Assembly (NCBI GenBank): GCA_023380635.1
Contig: JAMCRP010000002.1
Location: forward strand, 1-40,457
Reading direction: 5' to 3'
DNA: 40,457 nt
From: Patescibacteria group bacterium
GTDB taxonomy: Bacteria; Patescibacteriota; Microgenomatia; JAMCZE01
In this document: positions 24,243 through 31,557 of the stretch, in pieces
Layout of the letters: every line of letters begins with the position of its first letter
Position numbering within the stretch: position 1 is the first letter of the stretch
The notes under the pieces: model-generated
Database searches by the model: none
Seen by the model: the letters and a program-made list of their open reading frames with translations, nothing else
Told to the model about the DNA's origin: nothing
Translations under genes and position numbers: made by a program

Positions 24243-24313
24243 GGGCCCGTAGGCTACCGGTAGACTGGTTCCATGGCATGGAACAGAAAGGGGTTCAATT
24301 CCCCTCGGGTCCA
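24243..24313 (+). tRNA. tRNA-Ala (GGC), weak D-stem
   Basis: Acceptor GGGCCCG/CGGGTCC with G3:U70, anticodon stem GTTCC/GGAAC with loop ATGGCAT, T-arm AGGGG-TTCAATT-CCCCT. The D-stem GGCT/GACT pairs poorly. Confidence 0.7.
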
Positions 24314-24382
24314 CAACAAAATTTTTCCTCCTTCTTCGGTAACTTTTTTCCTGCAATTTATCGCTAAAAAGCGGCCTTACTC

Positions 24383-24411
24383 TTGACATTTTTTCACGGA
24401 GGGGTATAAAT
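24383..24411 (+). promoter_or_regulatory. sigma70 promoter TTGACA-N16-TATAAA upstream of the giant gene
   Basis: TTGACA 24383-24388 and TATAAA 24405-24410. Confidence 0.55.
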
Positions 24412-24418
24412 ATATATA

Positions 24419-24448
24419 GTCGTAAAATGTCGTAATAAGTCGTGATAA
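24419..24448 (+). promoter_or_regulatory. three exact-period 10-nt direct repeats GTCGTAAAAT / GTCGTAATAA / GTCGTGATAA (operator-like)
   Basis: Head-to-tail repeats start about 8 nt after the -10 hexamer, at the predicted transcription start. Confidence 0.45.
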
Positions 24449-24584
24449 AGCTTAGCCTGAGAAGCTAAATCCCATTCCGAACGATAAATTAATTTCCACT
24501 GAAGAATTAATTAATCAGGCTAAAGCCAGGGGTTTTCTTTTTGGTGCCGGCAAACCGGTTTTTCTGCTTCATTACTACACTCAA

Positions 24585-27500
24585 TTGGGTCTGATTCCTA
24601 ATGCCGTCCGGATGCGGCTTGAAGGAGTCAAGGGACACACTGTCGGTTGCTATCCAGAAACAGTGGTGGAAACACTTTTAAAAATTCAAGAACTGCGCCA
24701 AGGCGGGTTGGTGATGGAGCAGATTAAGTCCAAAATTCTGGCAAACACTTCGGAAACGGATAATAACTTAATTTCCCTCGAAGAGCTAATCAACCGGGCC
24801 AGGGTGGCCGGTTTTATTTTTGGAGCCGGCAAACCCAGTTTCCTGCTGCACTATTACACTCAGTTGGGAATCTTACCTAAAGCGGTCAGACTCCGTCTAA
24901 ACGGTATCAAAGGACATACAGTAGGCTGCTATCCGGCGGAAGCAGTAGAGACCCTGCTAAAAATCCAGAAACTGCGCCGGGAAGGAGTGGCGGTCAAGGA
25001 TATCGCCCAAACGCTGGGCAACGAAGGGATTAAGCCGGCAGCCCGGCGGGAGGAAGCCGAAACTTTGGAAATTCTCCGGGTCGCGGCCCAAGCCCCGGTC
25101 CGCTATCAAGCCGAAACCGAAGCCGGCAGGCTGGCCGGATATTTCCAACCCCCACCGCCAGAGAGACAAGAAACAAGATACAAGATACAAGAAACAAAGA
25201 AAACACAAGATGCAAAAGAAACAAAAGAGAAGAGAAGCTGGAAAAGCTTTGCTTACACTCTTCCGGCAGTTTTAGCTACTATCCTTCTGCTGTTAACTAC
25301 CGGCCTGAATATATATATTACTTCCTATCAGAAGAAAGTGGCTTCTGACCGGAATTTGCAGGCGGTCTTGGCCGAAAGCAGCAGCCAAAACTTTTTAGAC
25401 ATCCGGGCGGATACCGATGTTTCCGGAAGACTGACCGTGTGGGGGAAAGATGTCTTAACAGAAGCGACTTTAGCTTCTTCTTCCCCCTACCTTAGCAACT
25501 TAAACCAAAGCCTCAGCACGACGGCCACTCCTACTTTTGCCAACCTTACCTTAACCGCCGGCAAGATTGTCCTGGAAGACAAAACGCAAACTTTAAAAAA
25601 CAAGACCATTGATGGCGGGAGTAATACCCTGACAAATATCTCAAACTCCTCACTTTCTAACTCCAAAGTCACCGTGACGGCCGGCACCAACCTGACCGGG
25701 GGCGGGGATGTCGTCTTAGGTGACAGCACCACGATTGGTTTGAAGGATAACATTAACATTGCTTCTTTGTCGGCTACTTCAGTTTTTGTTAACGGTGACG
25801 CCACGGTGGCCGGGAATTTGCTGCCGGGAACAAATAGTGCCAACGATTTAGGCAGCAGTGATCATTACTGGCACAGTCTCTATGTTAATAATATCTACGG
25901 CCCGCCGGTGGGGTCTTTTTGGTTCTGGCAAAGGGCTGCCGGGGCAGTGGCTCCGACGAACATCACTGATGATCTGCTTTTGGGCAGTACAGCCACAGCC
26001 ACGGCCCAAATTGCTCTGAACGCGACCAACGGGAACATCACGACCAAGGGGACGATAAATGGGCTGGGAATAACCTCGGCCACTATTGACACGGGGACGT
26101 GGCAGGCAACGGCTATCGGAACCCAATATGGCGGGACCGGCCAAAACTGGAGCAGTGTGGCCCAGGGCAACCTGCCCTACTTTAGCGCTTCAGGGACCAT
26201 GGGGACTTTGGCGCCGGACACGGTCAACAAGCTCTTAACGACCGGAGGCGCGGGGGCTAACCCCAGCTGGCAAAGTTTAGTCAATTTGCTTTCAGCCGGA
26301 ACCGACATTTCTTTTGGAGGCAGCGAAGTGGTCACGGTTAACGACACTGCCACTTTAAACACCGTCACCGGCCGGGGGGCAACCACCGCTAACGCCATTA
26401 CCCTAACCGGAGCGGGAACGGCTTTAACCGTGTCTAATAACGCCACGGTTTCTGGGACTTTAGGGGTTGGGGGAGAAGCCAGTATCAGTGGTAAACTAAT
26501 TTTAGGGTCAAACACCGCCCAGATTAACGCGACCAGTAATAATGATTTGCAGCTGGGCTTTCAAAACACCGGCACCGTCCGGTTTCTAAATACCAGTAAC
26601 TACCTTGACGCCAGCGGCAATTTTTACCTTTCCGGCAACCTCATTGCCAGCGGGACAACCGTCGGTTTCTGGCAGCGCACTGCCGGTTCCCTGGCTCCGA
26701 TTAATATTACTGACGACTTGAATTTAGGCGCGACCGGTACCAGTTCGGCTCTGGTCCATTTTGGCGGCACTTCCGGCCAAGGGAACTTTATCAACACCGG
26801 CGCCGGGGTGGGCATCGGGACTACCGACACCACCGAAATGCTTAATGTCAACGGGAGGCTTTTGTTAAGTCAGGTGAGTGCTCCCGGAGTGTTAACCGAC
26901 AAACTCTACAATTTAGGCGGCGCTTTAACCTGGGCGGGCAACGCTGTTTGTACCGCGGCCGGCAACTGCGCCGGGACAGCCAGTGCCTTAGGCGGGTCAG
27001 GGGGAGCGGGGTATATTTCCAAATGGTCTGGTACTTACAGTCTAACCACAAGTCCGCTTTATGTGGATGGTTCCGGCCAAGTGGGGATCGGGACGACCAG
27101 TCCGGCAGCCCAGTTTGCCGTCGGGGCCAATTCCGGCTTAACCATTAACGGGACCGGGGACATTGTCGCCCGGACTTTTAACGGCAATACCATCGCCACA
27201 GGGTCAGCGACTTTTACCATTCCGGCCAGCGGGACGGCAGCTTTAGGCACCGGGACTGCTAATCAGGTAGCCTACTGGTCAGGCACCAACACTTTAACTT
27301 CCGAAGCCCAGTTAGCTCCTTCCCGGGGAGGCACGGGGGCTGACTGGAGTTTGGTAGCCCAGGGATCGCTGCCATATTTCTCGGGAACCGGCACTCTTAG
27401 CACTTTGGGAGCGGGGACTGCTAACCAGGTCTTAACTACCGGTGGGGGCGGGGCAGACCCGGGTTGGACCAACATAGCTTCTTTAGTGACTCAAACCGGA

Positions 27501-29450
27501 AACATCTCTATCACCGGAACTCAGACTTTAAGCGTGAACACCGTCATGAACCCGACTTTTAGCACTTCGGTCACGACACCGCTAATTTACGGGGGAACCG
27601 GAGCTGGTTCTACCTTAACTTTAGCCGGGACTTCCAACGGCTCGCCGGTTAACGCTTATGTTTTGCTTAACCCGGCCGGTCAGGGCAATGTGGGCATCGG
27701 GACGACTAACCCTGTAACAACACTCCATGTATACAATGCCGGCGGAAATGACAACGGCGATGTTCAAATTTCAGGTACCACGAACCCGTCTATCGCTCTC
27801 GTAGACACCGGTGTGCAGGGATATGGCCTTTACATAGACACGAGTGACAGTAATAAGCTTAAGTTAACTAATGCGAATGCCGGCGTGTCCGCTGGCACAC
27901 CACTTATGACGATCACCAGCGCTGGCAATGTTGGCATCGGAACGACGGGACCAAGTAAATTACTTGATGTATATAAATCTCAAAGCAGTGTCACCGACGA
28001 GTCGCAAGCGGCAGCGGCTTTCGGTGTCACTACGACGGGAGGTATCTATGGATATATCACTCCTAATCAGACTGGAAAAACAGTCACATTCGCTGGAGTT
28101 CGAGGCGGTCAGGCTAACGACGTATCGCTGCTCTTTAACCCAGCTGGCGGCAACGTCGGCATCGGGACGACGGGACCTTTGGGCAAGTTAGATGTCGGCA
28201 ACCAAATGTATGTTCAGTCAAACGGAACCATCGAGAGTCCAGGCAGCAAGAACACGACTAACGGAATGATTGAAACATACTATAATGCTGGTGACAGATA
28301 TGGTTTAGGTCAACTTTCCAATGGAGTAACAGCTTTGTACACATCCGATGCTTACAGCCCCAGCTCAATACAGTTTGGAAGAATAGACAGCAGCAACAAT
28401 TTCATCTCTCTGATGGATATTACCCATGGTGGCAATGTCGGCATCGGGACGACGAGTCCGGGCTATCTTTTAACCGTTAACTCCAGCACCCCAGGCTGCA
28501 ACGGGTGTACCGCCTGGACAAACTACTCTGATATCCGCCTAAAGGAAAACATTGCTTCCGTCTCCGGGGGAATTTTAGACAAAATTTTGCAACTAAACCC
28601 GGTGACTTTTAACTACAACGACACCTACTATACCCAAACGGGTTATTCCCGCCCTGATGGCCAAACACCAACTTACACTGGCTTTATTGCCCAGCAGTTG
28701 CAAACGATTTTTCCGGAAATGGTTTCCACCTCCAGTAATGGTTATCTTGACACCAACCTTTCCAACTTGCAGATCTATCTGGTTAAAGGTATGCAGGAAC
28801 AACAGGGAGAAATTGCTTCCCAGTCGGCCGATATTGCCACCATGTCAGCCACACTTTCGGCCTGGAATGATTTGCTAGGCACCCCATCCGCCTCTCTGGC
28901 CGACTCGGTGGCCCACCTGGACGGCTTATCAGCCGATATTTCTACTCTCATGGCGGATAACCTGCAGATTAAGTCCGATATCGAGCTTCTGAAAGAGCAA
29001 ATGGCCACAGTTTCCGCTAATTTGGCCCAGGTGCAAAGTCAAACCGCTTCCAATTCCGCTTCTCTGGCTTCCTTAAGTCCCTTAAGTAACTTAAGCATCT
29101 TAAGTGATCTGGAAGTCTCGACGGTTTCGGCTTCCTTTGCCAACTTTTCTGATACCTTAAAAGTGGTCGGCAAAACGGACCTGGCTGATACTAACATCGG
29201 GGGCAGCTTGACCGTGGGGTTGCTGCACTTTGACGATTTGAAAGCGGAAATCTCTTCCTTAACCGGCACCGTCACCGTTAACAGTAATTTGCAGGTGGCC
29301 GGAGATGCCGAGGTTATGGGCAGCGCGACCGTTTCCGGCCAGCTGGCAGTGCGCGGAGGTATTGTCGTTAAAGATGCCGTTTCCGGAGAAAATTATTGTC
29401 TCCGGGTGGAAAACGGGGTGATGACCAACACTAAGGGAGACTGCAAATGA
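24585..29450 (+). CDS. giant membrane-anchored protein: 2x MerR-like HTH, one TM helix, tail-fibre-like repeats, peptidase S74 intramolecular chaperone domain, C-terminal extension
   Basis: 1621-aa ORF. The module LIS(T/L)EELIN...FLLHYYTQLG(L/I)(I/L)P.AVR.RL.G.KGHTVGCYP...VETLLKIQ.LR occurs twice. TM helix FAYTLPAVLATILLLLTTGLNIYI. Six G(N/Q)VGIGTTxP motifs. S74 signature YSDIRLKENI...LNPVTFNY...GFIAQQLQTIFPEMV. Homology continues in frame upstream to 24456, so the true start is unresolved. Confidence 0.9.
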   Translation: MGLIPNAVRMRLEGVKGHTVGCYPETVVETLLKIQELRQGGLVMEQIKSKILANTSETDNNLISLEELINRARVAGFIFGAGKPSFLLHYYTQLGILPKAVRLRLNGIKGHTVGCYPAEAVETLLKIQKLRREGVAVKDIAQTLGNEGIKPAARREEAETLEILRVAAQAPVRYQAETEAGRLAGYFQPPPPERQETRYKIQETKKTQDAKETKEKRSWKSFAYTLPAVLATILLLLTTGLNIYITSYQKKVASDRNLQAVLAESSSQNFLDIRADTDVSGRLTVWGKDVLTEATLASSSPYLSNLNQSLSTTATPTFANLTLTAGKIVLEDKTQTLKNKTIDGGSNTLTNISNSSLSNSKVTVTAGTNLTGGGDVVLGDSTTIGLKDNINIASLSATSVFVNGDATVAGNLLPGTNSANDLGSSDHYWHSLYVNNIYGPPVGSFWFWQRAAGAVAPTNITDDLLLGSTATATAQIALNATNGNITTKGTINGLGITSATIDTGTWQATAIGTQYGGTGQNWSSVAQGNLPYFSASGTMGTLAPDTVNKLLTTGGAGANPSWQSLVNLLSAGTDISFGGSEVVTVNDTATLNTVTGRGATTANAITLTGAGTALTVSNNATVSGTLGVGGEASISGKLILGSNTAQINATSNNDLQLGFQNTGTVRFLNTSNYLDASGNFYLSGNLIASGTTVGFWQRTAGSLAPINITDDLNLGATGTSSALVHFGGTSGQGNFINTGAGVGIGTTDTTEMLNVNGRLLLSQVSAPGVLTDKLYNLGGALTWAGNAVCTAAGNCAGTASALGGSGGAGYISKWSGTYSLTTSPLYVDGSGQVGIGTTSPAAQFAVGANSGLTINGTGDIVARTFNGNTIATGSATFTIPASGTAALGTGTANQVAYWSGTNTLTSEAQLAPSRGGTGADWSLVAQGSLPYFSGTGTLSTLGAGTANQVLTTGGGGADPGWTNIASLVTQTGNISITGTQTLSVNTVMNPTFSTSVTTPLIYGGTGAGSTLTLAGTSNGSPVNAYVLLNPAGQGNVGIGTTNPVTTLHVYNAGGNDNGDVQISGTTNPSIALVDTGVQGYGLYIDTSDSNKLKLTNANAGVSAGTPLMTITSAGNVGIGTTGPSKLLDVYKSQSSVTDESQAAAAFGVTTTGGIYGYITPNQTGKTVTFAGVRGGQANDVSLLFNPAGGNVGIGTTGPLGKLDVGNQMYVQSNGTIESPGSKNTTNGMIETYYNAGDRYGLGQLSNGVTALYTSDAYSPSSIQFGRIDSSNNFISLMDITHGGNVGIGTTSPGYLLTVNSSTPGCNGCTAWTNYSDIRLKENIASVSGGILDKILQLNPVTFNYNDTYYTQTGYSRPDGQTPTYTGFIAQQLQTIFPEMVSTSSNGYLDTNLSNLQIYLVKGMQEQQGEIASQSADIATMSATLSAWNDLLGTPSASLADSVAHLDGLSADISTLMADNLQIKSDIELLKEQMATVSANLAQVQSQTASNSASLASLSPLSNLSILSDLEVSTVSASFANFSDTLKVVGKTDLADTNIGGSLTVGLLHFDDLKAEISSLTGTVTVNSNLQVAGDAEVMGSATVSGQLAVRGGIVVKDAVSGENYCLRVENGVMTNTKGDCK

Positions 29451-29563
29451 TTCGACAATGCCTTAGCCCTGTCGGGTTTATAACCAGGAAAGCGCTTTAA
29501 GATCTGGTCCTTAGAGCCGAACATTTTCTTTAAAGAAGAGGCTACATGTGTTAATCTGAAATT

Positions 29564-30328
29564 ATGCCAAAAGTTTTGGCCCTGGTTTTGTTGGTAGTCA
29601 TGCTTTTCGCAGCTACCGGGCCGGCATTGGCGGCCTCGTTCGAAGCCGATATTGCTTCCTCATATCCGATTGCTGATAGCCAGGCAGTCTCCGGCGACAT
29701 TTTGATTGCCACAAACCAGGGAATTTCCCGGGCTTCTACCGAATATGACCAGAGACTGTTTGGCGTTTTGACGGATAAAGCGATCATGGTTTTCCGCTCG
29801 GCCGATCCCAATAACAAGCCTGTTTCCCGTTCCGGAATTGCCGTGGTGAATGTGACTAACGCCAATGGTCCGATTTCTAAGGGCGACTACATCACCTCCT
29901 CCGCGACTCCCGGCAAAGGAGAAAAAGCAACCATCTCCGGTTATGTGGTGGGCCAGGCGCTGGAAGACATGACCGGTTCCAGCGGCCAGATATCGGTGGC
30001 TGTCAGAGTTGAATACGCCGAAATCAGTAATGCCCGGACGCTCTCCAGACTGGTCGACTATGTGACCGCCGATGTTTTTCGCAATGTCAAAGATCAGGGT
30101 CAGTTATCAATGGTGTTGCGCTACATTATTGCCGGCTTAATTATGCTGACTTCGATTGCTATTTCCTTTGTCACTTTTTCCCGTTCCGTCCCTAAAGCCA
30201 TTGAAGCGATTGGTCGTAATCCCTTGGCCAGGACAAGTATCATGATCTCTTTAAGCATGTCCATAGGACTGGTAATCGCGACAATTGGATTAGGTTTAGC
30301 GGCAAGTATTGTAATCCTGAGGATTTAA
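29564..30328 (+). CDS. secreted beta-rich domain fused to an ATP synthase c-subunit-like helical hairpin (no ion-binding carboxylate)
   Basis: Signal peptide MPKVLALVLLVVMLFAATGPALA|AS. The C-terminal IIAGLIMLTSIAISFVTFSRSVPKAIEAIGRNPLARTSIMISLSMSIGLVIATIGLGLAASIVILRI aligns with c subunits (A-V/I-E-x-I-x-R-Q/N-P loop). It is the first gene of the atp cluster. Confidence 0.8.
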   Translation: MPKVLALVLLVVMLFAATGPALAASFEADIASSYPIADSQAVSGDILIATNQGISRASTEYDQRLFGVLTDKAIMVFRSADPNNKPVSRSGIAVVNVTNANGPISKGDYITSSATPGKGEKATISGYVVGQALEDMTGSSGQISVAVRVEYAEISNARTLSRLVDYVTADVFRNVKDQGQLSMVLRYIIAGLIMLTSIAISFVTFSRSVPKAIEAIGRNPLARTSIMISLSMSIGLVIATIGLGLAASIVILRI

Positions 30329-30362
30329 CTTTAATCTAAACTAGATATTAGAAACTTTCATA

Positions 30363-31031
30363 GTGACCGAGCAGCTTTTTATCATCTTTTTATTAATAGT
30401 AGGCATCAGCCAATTGGTCCTGGCCATCTATCTTTTGGGTCTTGGCAGCAAGGTCAGGTCCCTTTTAACACTGGCAAAGTCCAATTCCTTGCCCGGCCGG
30501 GGAGAGCGGGCGATGAAGATTCTGGGCGGGGCATATTCCCAGGCCAAGAATATCCTTTCCCAGGCAGAATTAACAGGAATTAAAATGCACGCCGAAACCT
30601 CGCTGGAAAACAAGAAAATAGCCGACCAATTTGCCCGTGAGATGGCGGTCTCCAGTTCAAGAATTGAACAAATTATGTTTGCGGCCACGGATAAAGCCAA
30701 TTCCCAGTTTGTCTCATTTTTGGATGACCTTAAAAACCATTCCCAGAAGGAAGAAGAGCTGGTTGTGGCCGACAGCCGCCAGCGGGTAGGGGCTTTTCTC
30801 GATAATTTTGAAAAAGAAATGGCCGAGGCGGTTAAAGCGGACATGGATAAAACTCAAAAAGCTCTGGCCGACTACAAAACAGCCCGGATGGCAGCTTTGG
30901 ACGAAAGTTTTATCGCGGCCGCGCAGCGGGCTCTGGAAATAATCCTTTCAAAACGAATCAATCTGGCCGACCAGGCGGAACTAGTAAACGAAGCCCTGGA
31001 ACAAGCTAAAAAAGAGAAACTCATCACCTAA
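30363..31031 (+). CDS. atpF: F-type ATP synthase subunit b-like (long, 222 aa)
   Basis: One N-terminal TM helix (LFIIFLLIVGISQLVLAIYLLGL) followed by a long charged helical region ending AAQRALEIILSKRINLADQAELVNEAL. Its position is upstream of delta. GTG start. Confidence 0.7.
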   Translation: MTEQLFIIFLLIVGISQLVLAIYLLGLGSKVRSLLTLAKSNSLPGRGERAMKILGGAYSQAKNILSQAELTGIKMHAETSLENKKIADQFAREMAVSSSRIEQIMFAATDKANSQFVSFLDDLKNHSQKEEELVVADSRQRVGAFLDNFEKEMAEAVKADMDKTQKALADYKTARMAALDESFIAAAQRALEIILSKRINLADQAELVNEALEQAKKEKLIT

Positions 31032-31131
31032 TTTTCAATTTGGAATTCGAAATTTGAACTGAATTTTTCAAATTTAAATTTGAATTGTTTGAAACATTTA
31101 TTTCAAATTGTAAATTTCAAAGTTCAAATTG
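31031..31131. repeat. A/T-only hairpin repeat block between atpF and atpH
   Basis: TTTTCAATTTGGAATTCGAAATTTGAACTGAATTTTTCAAATTTAAATTTGAATTG...TTTCAAATTGTAAATTTCAAAGTTCAAATTG. Confidence 0.7.
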
Positions 31132-31509
31132 TCTTTAGTTTCTCAAATCTTAACTACTTGTCTCACTAAATCCGCTGCTCTGCGGGAACTAAGTAGCGTG
31201 GAGGATCAGGTCCGGGCGCGCAAGGTCAGCCGGGAGGACTTTGATAAGGCCAGAGAAGAAATTAAAACCATCGAGCCGCTTTATCTTTATCTGCCGGCGC
31301 AGGTCCCGGAAGAAAATTTGCAGTCGATAGTTGGCAAGCTGCGCCGCGATTACGGTGATAGGTTTTTAATCGAGATTAAAATCGATCCGGCGCTTCTGGG
31401 TGGCTGCGCCCTGTCGTATAAGGGAATCTATAAAGACTATTCGTTAAAAGCTAAGCTGGAGAAAAATAGAGAAGCACTGAAGAAAGAGTTTGACAAATTT
31501 TTAATTTGA
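31129..31509 (+). CDS. atpH: F-type ATP synthase subunit delta (OSCP), short form (126 aa)
   Basis: The C-terminal FLIEIKIDPALLGGCALSYKGIYKDYSLKAKLEKNR matches the delta/OSCP C-terminal signature (idp.liGG..i..g....D.S). TTG start. The N-terminal helical domain is largely absent. Confidence 0.75.
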   Translation: MSLVSQILTTCLTKSAALRELSSVEDQVRARKVSREDFDKAREEIKTIEPLYLYLPAQVPEENLQSIVGKLRRDYGDRFLIEIKIDPALLGGCALSYKGIYKDYSLKAKLEKNREALKKEFDKFLI

Positions 31510-31553
31510 AATTTGAAATTTGAATTCAAATTGTAAATTGTAAATTTAAAATT
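31503..31553. repeat. A/T repeat block between atpH and atpA
   Basis: AATTTGAAATTTGAAATTTGAATTCAAATTGTAAATTGTAAATTTAAAATTG. Confidence 0.7.
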
Positions 31554-31557
31554 GTTT

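Noticed and set aside
24195-24389. 64-aa minus-strand ORF.
   Set aside because: It is antisense to tRNA-Ala(GGC) and to the promoter of the giant gene.
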